This document shows positions 1 to 9,384 of a stretch of DNA of 46,475 nucleotides, piece by piece (position 1 is the stretch's first letter; every line of letters begins with the position of its first letter). This DNA comes from Myxococcota bacterium (lineage in GTDB: Bacteria > Myxococcota_A > UBA9160 > UBA4427), in contig JAYZFK010000096.1 in NCBI GenBank assembly GCA_036336835.1, positions 1 through 46,475 on the forward strand, in the 5' to 3' direction. The notes below the pieces were generated by a model that saw nothing but the letters and a program-made list of their open reading frames with translations, searched no databases and had not been told where the DNA came from. The position numbers and the translations under genes are program-made.

Positions 1-1
1 A

Positions 2-1396
2 GTCGCTGGACCTCGAGGCGGATCTGGCGATCTTGCCGCTGCAGATCCAGCCCGTCTCCACCTGACAGCTCGCGTCGCAGCCTTCGCCCGGCGTCGTGCC
101 GCCGTCGTCGCACGCCTCACCGCCAACGATCACCGCGTCGCCACAGGTCTCGCCGCAGCTCGACGGCGCGCCGCTGCACATCCAGCCCGGCTCCACCTGA
201 CAGCTCGCGTCGCAGCCATCGCCCGCCGTCGTGCCGCCGTCGTCGCAACCCTCGGTCACCTGGAGCTTGCCGTTGCCGCAGATCGGCATACAGACGGACG
301 GGAACCCGGTGCACGTCCAGTTGGTCTCGATGTCGCAGCTCTGCGAGCAGCCATCGGCCAACACGAGGTTGCCGTCGTCGCACTCCTCGGTTCCCTCGAA
401 CATCCCGTTGCCGCAGGTCTCGTCGTTGAAGAACCAGGAGAAGCCCGTGTTCATGAAGATGGCCGCGCTGGTGACCCGTTCGTGGTCGGAGCTCGGCGGA
501 CCGATCCGCAACGTCGTGACCGCGCACGCCGCGAAGGTCGTCTCGGCGTCGTCGAAGCTGACTGTGATGTCACACGATGGGCTCGGGCTCGAGCCGGCGT
601 AGTCGAGAACCAGCGTGTAGTCGTCCGAGGTATCGGCGATCGAGTCCAGGCCGCTCTGCGCGTAGCGCAGTGCCGAGACGTCGTCGGCCGCCAGCAAGCG
701 CTGCTCCTCGCCCAGAAACGTCCCCTGGTTCATCACCGCCTCGGTGAAGGGAGCGCCGTACACACCCCCGTTGTCGCGAGTGGCGCTCGCGGCAAAGGTG
801 TCGCCGACCGGAAGATTCGTGAGCGCCCGGGAGTAGGTGGTGGAATCGACGACCGCAGCGTTGATGAAGAACGGGTTGTTCGCGCCGTTCTCGTACCAGC
901 ACAGGTTGATGTCGTCGCCGCGAACGTCGTCCCCGCTCGCCTCGATGGTATCCGCACCCGGGTTCAAGTCGTAGACGTTGGGCGATCCATCTGCGGACTT
1001 CGTGTAGTCCTGATCGGCCACGGGCAGGCCGGACTCCGACGCCAGGTTCGAGTGTGCGAGACCGATGCAGTGCCCCATCTCGTGAAGCAGCACCGACTCG
1101 AAGTCGACGAAGCCAAGTGGAACGTTACTGCCGAAGACGCTGTTGGAGCGGTGGGCCGTGAGGTTGTTGTAGGTGCTGATCGCGTTCTGCACGGGGAGCA
1201 CCATCTCGGCGGCGTGCGGACTCGTGCTGTCGATGCAGACCTCGACGGTCAGCGGCCCGCCGGTGCCCGTGTAGTCGGTCGGATGCGTGATGATATCGGG
1301 GTCCCCCTCGGTCGCGCTGATGAACGCACCCGCGTGCGCACCACCGGCGACGGCGAGTGCCAGCGCGCAGAGACCTGCCGACGCGCGAGAAATCAC
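2..1396 (-). CDS. Secreted metzincin (matrixin-like) zinc metalloprotease with C-terminal Myxococcus Cys-rich (DUF4215-like) repeats; 3'-truncated by the window edge
   Basis: Manual translation (not in ORF track): GTG at 1396, signal peptide MISRASAGLCALALAVAGGAHA, zinc motif HEMGHCIGLAH (1052-1084), Met-turn EAVMNQG..RLLAADD (Met at 731-733), then three CGxG..ExCDDG..GCxxxC repeats; no stop before position 1. Confidence 0.9.
   Translation of the reverse strand, partial: MISRASAGLCALALAVAGGAHAGAFISATEGDPDIITHPTDYTGTGGPLTVEVCIDSTSPHAAEMVLPVQNAISTYNNLTAHRSNSVFGSNVPLGFVDFESVLLHEMGHCIGLAHSNLASESGLPVADQDYTKSADGSPNVYDLNPGADTIEASGDDVRGDDINLCWYENGANNPFFINAAVVDSTTYSRALTNLPVGDTFAASATRDNGGVYGAPFTEAVMNQGTFLGEEQRLLAADDVSALRYAQSGLDSIADTSDDYTLVLDYAGSSPSPSCDITVSFDDAETTFAACAVTTLRIGPPSSDHERVTSAAIFMNTGFSWFFNDETCGNGMFEGTEECDDGNLVLADGCSQSCDIETNWTCTGFPSVCMPICGNGKLQVTEGCDDGGTTAGDGCDASCQVEPGWMCSGAPSSCGETCGDAVIVGGEACDDGGTTPGEGCDASCQVETGWICSGKIARSASRSSD
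36..415 (-). repeat. Three tandem Cys-rich repeats, about 45 aa / 135 nt each
   Basis: CGNGMFEGTEECDDGNLVLADGCSQSC / CGNGKLQVTEGCDDGGTTAGDGCDASC / CGDAVIVGGEACDDGGTTPGEGCDASC; nt 36-112 and 171-247 are near-identical at 135-nt spacing. Confidence 0.92.
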
Positions 1397-2001
1397 CGAG
1401 CGGGATCCGGCACCGGCGCGCGCGACCTCGCCATCGCGTCGAGCGAGCCGCGAAGCTCCGAGAGCCGACGAACACGGGCGTCTGTCGGGTGGCGCTCGCG
1501 AATCGCGCGCAGCCCGATGAAGCGGAGGCGCCGCTCGAGTCGGTGCTGGGCGATGCCACTGCGGCCGCGGAATCGGTCGAGCCGAAGCTCGAACTCGACG
1601 ATGTCGCCGTCCAGGTGGTGGTGATTGACGATCGCACCGTCGGCCCGCGCTTCGGCCACCGCGAGACTCGCACGCAGCGCCGGGACATCGAGCTCGGCCA
1701 GGCCGGCGGTGAGTGCCTGCCGCGCCAGGACAGCCACCTCGCCGGGGGGCAGCTGCCACGCGTAGCGACCCGCGCCGCGCATCATCGGCGGGCGCTCCAG
1801 CTCGCAGCGGCCGTCGGCGAACACGCGGAGCACTCGCGCTTGCGCGCCCACGAGCTCGCTCGGCGTCGCGCGCATCACCAGGAAGGGAACCCCCGAATCG
1901 GCCGGCAGCTCGAATTCGGGGTCCGGCGGCGTCTGCGCCTGCGCGCTCGCAGCCAACACGAGGAGCGCGCACAAGATTCGCTTTGGGCAGTGAAAGGGCA
2001 T
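1393..2001 (-). CDS. Hypothetical secreted protein, translationally coupled to the metzincin gene
   Basis: C-terminal part of ORF 1393..2955; MPFHCPKRILCALLVLAASAQA is a signal peptide; its TGA overlaps the next GTG (GTGA); alternative ATG at 2007. Confidence 0.75.
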   Translation of the reverse strand: MPFHCPKRILCALLVLAASAQAQTPPDPEFELPADSGVPFLVMRATPSELVGAQARVLRVFADGRCELERPPMMRGAGRYAWQLPPGEVAVLARQALTAGLAELDVPALRASLAVAEARADGAIVNHHHLDGDIVEFELRLDRFRGRSGIAQHRLERRLRFIGLRAIRERHPTDARVRRLSELRGSLDAMARSRAPVPDPAR

Positions 2002-2110
2002 GCGCATGATCGACGACCGCATCCGCTCGAGAGCGACCCCTAGCGGCCCCTTCGACGCTATTGAAGAACACCCACCTGCTGAGCTGAATCGACCGAACCG
2101 AGCGGCGACT

Positions 2111-5100
2111 TCAGTCGAGCGGGGTGGCAATCCCGCCTTCGCGCAGGAACCACAGCTCGAACCGCGGCGGTGTGGCAAGAGCGAGCCCTTCGGCGAGCGC
2201 GCGGACATATCTCTCCCCCTGCGGGGCGTACCGCTGCACCCTGGCGTCGAGATCCTGCGACGAGCCGACGCGGTCGCTCTTGTAGTCGACCACGACCAGG
2301 CGTCCGTCGCCGTCGCGATACACGAGATCGATCGAGCCGGCGACGGACTCGAGCGGCGCATCGTCGCCATCGCCCGCCGCGGCAGTCGGGGCAGTCGGGG
2401 CGTTCCGGTCGGCTGCGAGCCAGACCGGCAACTCACGTGCAACAATGCGCTCGCCGAGTGAGGTGAACCGATCGAAGAGCTCGCTGCTCGCGAACCCGTC
2501 GACGATCTCGAGCGCCTGCGAGAGCGCGGAGGCTTCGTCGGCAATGCCGAGTGCGGCGAGCACGCTCGGCAGCCGCGCGCGCTGGCGGGCGAGCTCCTCG
2601 TCGGGTCGGGCGCCGACATCCCAGTCCTCGAGTAGTGCGTGGACTGCAGTACCGACGACCATCGCCTCGCTGCGCCCGAGCGGACTCTGCGGGCAGCGGC
2701 GCTCGTGCTCGGTCGGGTCGCTCCGAGGCTCGAAGTCGTCTCCGGCGGCAGCGTCGCGCCGCGCGCCGCCATGCGCGCTCGAGGCCGCGCCACTCCGGGG
2801 ACGCCGCATCCGCAGCTCGGCTTCGCGACGCGCCTCGGGCAGCGGCTGCCAGATCGCGTCCGTTTCCACGCGACTGGGCCACGCGATCGGCGATGGCGTG
2901 CGGCGCGCCCGGTCGGCAGCCGGCTCGCCGAGCGCGAGGAAACGCCAGCGTGCATGGCCCTCGTCGACGAAGGATTCGCCCGCTTCGAGCTGCTGGCTCA
3001 TGCGCTCGGCGAGCGGCGGGTGCTCTTCGCGGTGGGCGAGCAGCGCCGCGACGCTCCGCGCCTTGGCGAGCTCACCCGGCTCGCCCTCGGCGCGCGCTCC
3101 CATGATCACCAGCCGGCGCCTCGCGCGCGTCAGGGCGACGTAGAGCGTCCGGACCTCCTCGGCGCGATCGCGGCGCTCGCGCTCTTCCCGCGCCTCGGCA
3201 AAGCCCAGCGTGGCCGTTCCGAGCAGCTTGTACTCGAGTCGATCGCCGACGCGCTCGATCGCCTTCGACGGATTGCCCGCCGTTCTCCGCGCCTTGTGCA
3301 CCTGGGCGAGGTACACGTGCTCGAAGCCCAGGCCCTTCGCACCGTGGATCGTCATCACCTGCACGGCGTCCTCGACCGCGATCACCGGCTCGTCGACCTG
3401 GCGTTCGCGCTGCGCGGCGCTGCGCAGCCGCCGCAACAGCGCGTGCTCGTCGGCACCGGCGGCGAGCTCCACGGCGAGCTCGCGATACAGGCGCTCGAGA
3501 TTCGCGATGCGAAAGGCCGCCGGGAAGCGCCCCGCCTCGGACGCCTCGATCGCGAGCTCGCTGCGCAGCCGCTCGACGAAGCGATCCGGCGCGTCGCGCG
3601 CGAAGCTCTCGCGCAGACGGGCGATGGCGGCGAGCGCCGCGAGCAGCGACTCCTCCCAGCCCGCGATGCGCTCGATTCCCGGCACGTCTTCCGGTATCCG
3701 CCGCGCGATCGCGCGCACCCGCTCCGCGAGCTCTGCGAACACCTGAGGCCGGCTCGCGTGGAGCTGACCGGCGCGGCGCGGGAAATCGTCGGCCCACAGG
3801 GGGATCAGCGCCGCGTCCGGAACACCGACCGCGGCCGACCGGATCAGCGCCACCAGCGCCACGTGGTCGTTGGGATCGAGCACACAGCGCAGCCCGGCAA
3901 TCGCATCCACCACCTCGCGCCGCGCGAAGTAGCTGCGCTCACCCGAAACGACGTAGGGCACCCCGGCCTCGCGCAGCGCCCGTAGATAGCGCTCGAGATC
4001 ACCGCGACTGCGCATCAGCAGGGCAATGTCGCCCAACGCGACTTCGTGCTCGTCGTGGAGACGCGCGACGTCGGCCGCAAAGGCGCGCGCCTCGAGCTCG
4101 GTCGCATCGACCGACGACGTCTTCCCGATCGGCTCGTCGCCCTCGGGCCGCCGCCACGCCACCCAGTGCTCGACGGCTGCGAAGCCCTCCTCCCCGAACC
4201 CGGACTCGCCGCGCAGCGCTTCGGACGCGTGCAGGGGCTCGAATCCGGGCTGCACCCCCTCCTCGGCCTGCATCACGGGCTCGATCACCCGTTCGACCTC
4301 GGCGAGCACGCTCGGCACCGAGCGGAAGTTCACGCAGAGCGAGAGCCGCTCGCCGCCTGCGGACTCGATCGCGCGAACGAACTCGCCGTAGGCCGCGAGG
4401 TCGGCGTTGCGCCAGCCGTAGATCGACTGCTTCGGGTCCCCCACGACGAACAGGCTCGGCCGCTGCTCGACCGGCCCGTCGAGAGCGAGCGCACGCACGA
4501 GATCGCACTGGAGCGCATCCGTGTCCTGGAACTCGTCGACCAGCAGCAGCTCGAGCTCGTCTCGCAGCGAGCCCGCGATCGCCGGATGCTCGAGCAGCAG
4601 ATCCCGGGCGCCGCGCAGCAGATCGGCATAGGTGACAACGGCGCGTCGAGCCAGCTCCTGCTCGAAATCGATCAGCAACATCCGGAAAGCTCGGCGACCC
4701 ACCTCGAGACAGCGTGGATGCAGGCACCTGAACACGTCGAAGACCGCGTGCGCACGGGCCGCGGCGGCCACGAACTCGTCCTCGGGGATCTCCAGTTTGC
4801 GGCTGAGCTGGCGGGTCGACGTTGCCCTGCCCCATTTGTCGAGCTGGTCTGCGCGTTCGTCCCAGCGCTCTCTCAGCTCGGCGACGAAACGTTCGAGAGC
4901 CTGCGGATCCTCCAGCTCGTGCTCGCCGAGCGCAGCGAGCGTCTGATCGATCAATGGAAATACATCCGCGGCCACACCGGTGAGCCGAGTCTGCTCGCCG
5001 ACGTACGAGGAGAGCGCCTCGAACGCGGCGCGCAGCTCCGTCGCGAGGGCTGCGACCCGCTCGGGATCCAGCGGATCGAAGTCGAGGTCGCTCGCACGCA

Positions 5101-5752
5101 CGCCCGCGTCGATCAATGCATTCGTCGCCTGGTAGATCTCCGACGGGCCGTACTCGAGCTCGGCGAGCTCGAGCAACGGACCGCCCGTGGTGTACTGCGC
5201 GCGCAGCCGTTGCTCGAGCACCCGCTGCAGGGCCTCCGTCTGGGCACGGGCCGTGCCATCGACCGCGAAGTCCGGGTGCAGGCCGGCCGCGATCGGGAAG
5301 CGCGCGAGCAGCGTGCGACACCAGGCGTGGATGGTGCTCACGGTCAGATGATCGAGCTGCTCGCGAAGCGCCTGCGCACGCGCGGGCCGCACTGCCTCCG
5401 GGGGCAACGCGGCATCGTCGAGCCACGGCTCGCGCGCGCCCGACTCGACGCCCTCGAGCGCCCGCTCGATGCGAATCGCCATCTCCGCTGCGGCGGCCTC
5501 GGTGAAGGTGATCGCCGCGATGCGGCCCAACACGTCGCGCGCGATCGCTGGCGGCGTGGCATCCGAGCCCGCCTCGGTGCTCCGCAAGGCGCTTCTTTCC
5601 CAGCCCGGGCCGAGCGACCAGGCGACGAGTCGCGAGGTCAGCACCGCGGTCTTGCCGGTGCCCGCACCCGCCTCGACGACCAGCGGGCGATCGAACTCGA
5701 GCTGGGCGCGCGCGCGCGCCTGCGCGTCGAGCGCTCGTGCGCGCTCGCTCAC
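2111..5752 (-). CDS. addA: AddA/RecB-like UvrD-family helicase-nuclease
   Basis: SF1A motifs EAGAGTGKT, ITFTEAAAAEM, STIHAWC, LVDEFQDTD, VGDPKQSIYGWR, NFRS, MTIHGAKGL, YVALTRAR; C-terminal nuclease GSIDLVY...VVDYKSD; GTG start overlaps the addB stop. Confidence 0.9.
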   Translation of the reverse strand: MSERARALDAQARARAQLEFDRPLVVEAGAGTGKTAVLTSRLVAWSLGPGWERSALRSTEAGSDATPPAIARDVLGRIAAITFTEAAAAEMAIRIERALEGVESGAREPWLDDAALPPEAVRPARAQALREQLDHLTVSTIHAWCRTLLARFPIAAGLHPDFAVDGTARAQTEALQRVLEQRLRAQYTTGGPLLELAELEYGPSEIYQATNALIDAGVRASDLDFDPLDPERVAALATELRAAFEALSSYVGEQTRLTGVAADVFPLIDQTLAALGEHELEDPQALERFVAELRERWDERADQLDKWGRATSTRQLSRKLEIPEDEFVAAAARAHAVFDVFRCLHPRCLEVGRRAFRMLLIDFEQELARRAVVTYADLLRGARDLLLEHPAIAGSLRDELELLLVDEFQDTDALQCDLVRALALDGPVEQRPSLFVVGDPKQSIYGWRNADLAAYGEFVRAIESAGGERLSLCVNFRSVPSVLAEVERVIEPVMQAEEGVQPGFEPLHASEALRGESGFGEEGFAAVEHWVAWRRPEGDEPIGKTSSVDATELEARAFAADVARLHDEHEVALGDIALLMRSRGDLERYLRALREAGVPYVVSGERSYFARREVVDAIAGLRCVLDPNDHVALVALIRSAAVGVPDAALIPLWADDFPRRAGQLHASRPQVFAELAERVRAIARRIPEDVPGIERIAGWEESLLAALAAIARLRESFARDAPDRFVERLRSELAIEASEAGRFPAAFRIANLERLYRELAVELAAGADEHALLRRLRSAAQRERQVDEPVIAVEDAVQVMTIHGAKGLGFEHVYLAQVHKARRTAGNPSKAIERVGDRLEYKLLGTATLGFAEAREERERRDRAEEVRTLYVALTRARRRLVIMGARAEGEPGELAKARSVAALLAHREEHPPLAERMSQQLEAGESFVDEGHARWRFLALGEPAADRARRTPSPIAWPSRVETDAIWQPLPEARREAELRMRRPRSGAASSAHGGARRDAAAGDDFEPRSDPTEHERRCPQSPLGRSEAMVVGTAVHALLEDWDVGARPDEELARQRARLPSVLAALGIADEASALSQALEIVDGFASSELFDRFTSLGERIVARELPVWLAADRNAPTAPTAAAGDGDDAPLESVAGSIDLVYRDGDGRLVVVDYKSDRVGSSQDLDARVQRYAPQGERYVRALAEGLALATPPRFELWFLREGGIATPLD

Positions 5753-8700
5753 GACGCCTCCGTGCCCGGGTCGGGCGCACCGACGACCGCCGGCAAATCC
5801 CACAGCGACAGATGGCGCGCCTCGAGCTCCGAGAGCTCCCCCGCCTCTGCCCGCTCGCGCGCGGCAGCGACTCCAGCGCGCTGCCGCTGTTGCATGTCCG
5901 TGTCGCCGCGCAGACAGGCCGATGCCAGGTCGCACCAGCCGCAGCGGGGGGGCGCCGCGTCCTTCTGGACTTCCGAGAGTCGCGGCAGGAAGACGCCGGC
6001 ATCCCAGCTACGGCCCAGTGTCGAGACCGCGCTGCGGAACGCCGCCTCGAGCGGCGCCGCTCCCGGCGTTCCGGAGACGAAGCTCGCCTGTGCGGTATCG
6101 AGTCGCAGACTCGGCTTGAGGAACAGATAGCGACCGGTGTCGCCCGAGCCGCCGGTCGCCAGCGCATACACCACGGCCTGCAGCAGCTCCCCGCGAGCCA
6201 CGCTGCGCCCGAAGTGGGCCGCGCGGGTCGACGGGCGCCTGGCCTCGCTGACCGGCTGGCCCGTCTTGTAGTCGGTGAGGCGCACTGTCCCTTCGATGCG
6301 CTCGACCAGATCGGCCCGAAACGCCAGGGCGTGCGCTTGCGCGCCGTCCGGGACCTCGAACGAGCCCGCGACCTCGGCGCCCAGGACCGCGACCGCCGGC
6401 GCGTCGACCAGCTCGCGCGCGCGCGCCAGGTGCGCCACGACGCGGGCTGCGAGTACGCGCACCAGCCCGGGATACGGATGACCCTGGGCCGCGAGCTGCT
6501 CGCGCGCGAAGGCTGCGGCCAGCGCCTCGATCTCCGCGGCCGCCGGCCACACCACGCTGCGGGGCTCAGCCTGGCACACCTCGTCGAGTTGACGCGGCGG
6601 GCGCTCACCGGACCCGGGATCCAGCATCTCTTCGAGCGTGCGGTGAACGGCGAGGCCGACGATCCGACCATCGAGCTCCGGAAAGCTCTCGAGCGGGTCT
6701 GGCGGGGCCTCGAGCCGAAGCAGCTTCTCGAGCAGCGTCTTCCAGGGGCAGTGGGCCATGCGTTCGAGCGACGTCACATAGCGGGTGTCCCGCCGCGGAT
6801 CCGCAGCCTCCGAGACAGGACCGACGAAGCCCAGATAGGGGCCGAAAGAAGCGGTCGCGTGCTGCGCGTACTCGCGAACGCACGCGGCACGCGCGCCCGC
6901 GACGCGCTCGAGGTCGAGCCCCGCCTCGGCGACGCCGGCCTCGCGCAGCGCAGGCTCGAGCTGCGCCTCGTACTCGGCTCGGGTCGCGGCGATGCCCGCC
7001 CAGATGGCGAGCTCGCGAGCCGTCGAGCGGCCGGGCTCGCCGAGCTGACCCGGATGGTGGAGCGTGGGCACCGGGCTCGGAGAGATTGGCGGCCCGCGTC
7101 CACACAGTCGATCGACGAAGGTCGAACGAACGCGCTCGCCTCCCCCGTCGCTGGTGCTCTGCCACGACAGGACGGGCGCCGCGCTCGACGCCAGCAGCTG
7201 GGCGAACAGGTAGCGCTCCTCGTCGTGGCCCGTGGTCTTGATCGGCAGGTCCGGCAGCAGCGCGAGCAGCGGACGACGCTGCGCGTCGGGCAGCAGCGGA
7301 TCTTCGCGGATCGGCCGCGGGAACACGTCGCGGTTCAGACCGAGCACGAACAGGTGGTCGAAGGTGCGTGCGCGCGCCTCCATCACACCGAGCACCGCGA
7401 CGCCACCGCCCCTTCCTCCGAGCGGCTCGCGCGCAGCGAGATCGCTCAGCCGCTGGCCAAACAGCGCCAACGCCTCGTCGCGCGACAGCACGAGCCCGTC
7501 GGGCAGTGCGCTCGACAGCCCTTCGCCGATGGCGGATGCGCACTCGGGCTCCTCCCAGCCGAGATCCGCGGCCAGCCGATCGCGCAGCCAGGCGTCCCAG
7601 ACTGCGACCGTTGCCGTCGCCGGGGCCACGGCAAGCTGCTCGCAGAGCGAGCGAGCGCGGTCGACCGCCACGCGCAGGACCGCGCGCCGCAGCCGCCGAT
7701 GGCGCGACGTCGGCCCGCGCGGCGAGCGATCGTCCGCGTCGTCGTCGTCAGCCTCGGCGTCGCCCGCACCGCCGGCCTCGTCTCCGCGCAGTGCCTGGCG
7801 CACGGGCAGGCGGACGTCGTCGTCGGGCGCCTCCAGACCGGCGACGTCGCCGAGCCTTCCGGCGCCCAGATGACGCAGCCCCAGGCGGAGGTCAGCGCGC
7901 GGCGAGCTGTCGTCGACCCAGCCCGGCAGGCCCCGGAGCAGCTCGACCCAGCGATCGGCGCCACAGGCTTCGCGTTCCTCGAGCAGCGCCCCGAGCGCGG
8001 CCGCGCGACGCGCGCCGGCGCCCGATGCAACGCTCGCCCCGACACCCGAGAATGGAATCCCGAGCCGCCCGAGATGGGCGCGCAATGCGTGGGCGTACGC
8101 GCCGACCTGGCGCGCGACGATCCCGACCCGCTCGGGCGGCAGCGCGGGATCGGAATCGAGCAGCGCGCGAATGCGACCGGCGACGGCGCGCACCTCGGCC
8201 TCGGCCCCGGGCGCCGCCAGCAGCTCGCGCAGCACGGGCGCGGGCGCGCCCGGCACGACCGATGCGCGCCCGCCCACTCCTTCGAAGCGCTCGCGAAGAC
8301 GCGCGGCAAACACGGCCCCCGAATCGACCCTCTCGGGTGTACCCGGCTCCGCAGGCTCATCGAGCAGCAGCGTGGTGGCGTGCGCGTGAGCGAGCGAGAG
8401 CAGCAGATCCGTCGCGCGACCCGTCGCCTCGGCAAATCCGTGGATCCACAGCTCGCTCGTGGGCAGCAGCGCCGGATCGCGCTCGAGCGCATCGCAGGCG
8501 CGCTCGAGCAGCTGCGAACGGTGCGCGAGACCCGCCGCGTCCAGCTCCTCGCGCGCTGCCAGCGCAATCCGTGCAATCGCCAGGGCCCGCTCGGCCGCTC
8601 CGTCCTGCTGTGCTTCGAGCGCATCGTGCAACGGCACTGCGTGCTCCGGGCCAAAGCCCGCGTCGAGCAGATCGTCGACGCTCGCCTCGACGACGCGATG

Positions 8701-9144
8701 TGCATCGGTCAGCTTGCCGAGCGGCGCCATCAGCGACGGCTCGTCGCGCAGACGTCGACGGATCACCAGTGAGTACAGCTCGCGACCGGTGCGGACGCGC
8801 GCGCCCGCGCGCTCGAGCACCTCGAGCGCGGTCGTGTACAGGGTCTGAACCGATACGCCCACCAGGGGCCGACCGAGTGCGCGCAGCGCGCTGGCCGCAA
8901 CGTGCTCGCGCAGGCTGCGCGACGGCACCACCACGCGCAGCGGCCGCGCGAGCAGCGCGAAATCGCTCGAGACACGCTCGCTCCAGCTGCCCAGCGCCTC
9001 GAACAGGACCGATTCCACCGCCCGCGGGCCGCGGCCGACCCAGACGCGAGGTCGACCGGGGGCCGCGGCGCGCGCGTCGCCAGCGAGCGCCGGAGCCGGG
9101 GTGGGCGCGAGGCCCGGAACAGCGAGATGCGGATCGTCGGCCAT
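5749..9144 (-). CDS. addB: AddB-like protein: inactive helicase fold plus PD-(D/E)xK nuclease with a 4Fe-4S iron staple
   Basis: TSLERMAHCPW (Cys1), RADLVE...LTDYKTG, CGWCDLASAC (Cys2-4); no Walker A; coupled to addA; alternative ATG at 9186. Confidence 0.85.
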   Translation of the reverse strand: MADDPHLAVPGLAPTPAPALAGDARAAAPGRPRVWVGRGPRAVESVLFEALGSWSERVSSDFALLARPLRVVVPSRSLREHVAASALRALGRPLVGVSVQTLYTTALEVLERAGARVRTGRELYSLVIRRRLRDEPSLMAPLGKLTDAHRVVEASVDDLLDAGFGPEHAVPLHDALEAQQDGAAERALAIARIALAAREELDAAGLAHRSQLLERACDALERDPALLPTSELWIHGFAEATGRATDLLLSLAHAHATTLLLDEPAEPGTPERVDSGAVFAARLRERFEGVGGRASVVPGAPAPVLRELLAAPGAEAEVRAVAGRIRALLDSDPALPPERVGIVARQVGAYAHALRAHLGRLGIPFSGVGASVASGAGARRAAALGALLEEREACGADRWVELLRGLPGWVDDSSPRADLRLGLRHLGAGRLGDVAGLEAPDDDVRLPVRQALRGDEAGGAGDAEADDDDADDRSPRGPTSRHRRLRRAVLRVAVDRARSLCEQLAVAPATATVAVWDAWLRDRLAADLGWEEPECASAIGEGLSSALPDGLVLSRDEALALFGQRLSDLAAREPLGGRGGGVAVLGVMEARARTFDHLFVLGLNRDVFPRPIREDPLLPDAQRRPLLALLPDLPIKTTGHDEERYLFAQLLASSAAPVLSWQSTSDGGGERVRSTFVDRLCGRGPPISPSPVPTLHHPGQLGEPGRSTARELAIWAGIAATRAEYEAQLEPALREAGVAEAGLDLERVAGARAACVREYAQHATASFGPYLGFVGPVSEAADPRRDTRYVTSLERMAHCPWKTLLEKLLRLEAPPDPLESFPELDGRIVGLAVHRTLEEMLDPGSGERPPRQLDEVCQAEPRSVVWPAAAEIEALAAAFAREQLAAQGHPYPGLVRVLAARVVAHLARARELVDAPAVAVLGAEVAGSFEVPDGAQAHALAFRADLVERIEGTVRLTDYKTGQPVSEARRPSTRAAHFGRSVARGELLQAVVYALATGGSGDTGRYLFLKPSLRLDTAQASFVSGTPGAAPLEAAFRSAVSTLGRSWDAGVFLPRLSEVQKDAAPPRCGWCDLASACLRGDTDMQQRQRAGVAAARERAEAGELSELEARHLSLWDLPAVVGAPDPGTEAS

Positions 9145-9249
9145 GCGCCCCCTAGTGTTGCCGCTGCGCGTGCCGGAAGTGGTCATGCATCCTTGAATCC
9201 CCTAGGGGACTCGACTTTCTTACGCAGAATCAATCTGTAACTCCCTGAA

Positions 9250-9264
9250 TAAGAATGACTCTTC
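9250..9264. promoter_or_regulatory. Possible Fur-like 7-1-7 site on the addB side of the divergent region
   Basis: TAAGAATGACTCTTC, 11/15 match to TGAGAATnATTCTCA, in an AT-rich intergenic stretch. Confidence 0.3.
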
Positions 9265-9300
9265 TCCAATCCCGTAGCTCGGAAAAAAATCATCTGTCCA

Positions 9301-9340
9301 TTGAAAACGACATTGATTTTCAATTTCATCTGTCTAGACT
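9301..9340 (+). promoter_or_regulatory. Fur-like box overlapping the putative bfd promoter
   Basis: Dyad TTGAAAA-N9-TTTTCAA (9301-9323), 13/19 to GATAATGATAATCATTATC; TTGATT (9313)-16 nt-TAGACT (9335). Confidence 0.65.
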
Positions 9341-9384
9341 GTCTCGCATCGGGTCCAGAGGACCCTGGGAGCTGCGAGCAAGCC

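Noticed and set aside
1..35. The third Cys repeat breaks into KIARSASRSSD at the window edge
   Set aside because: Too short to interpret; could be a contig-end artefact or a linker
5749..6800. Cas4-like Fe-S nuclease suggesting CRISPR or a defence system
   Set aside because: It is the AddB C-terminal domain coupled to AddA; no cas genes or repeat-spacer array seen
7720..7790. Acidic/basic patch DAEADDDDADDRSPRG in AddB
   Set aside because: Short low-complexity loop with no supportable function
5737..8772. 1011-aa plus-strand ORF (also 2639..3985 and 4046..6130)
   Set aside because: Antisense shadows of addB/addA in high-GC DNA, with no motifs
9250..9261. AATGACTC shared with the MerR dyad
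   Set aside because: Half-site only; explained as well by a Fur-like box or by chance
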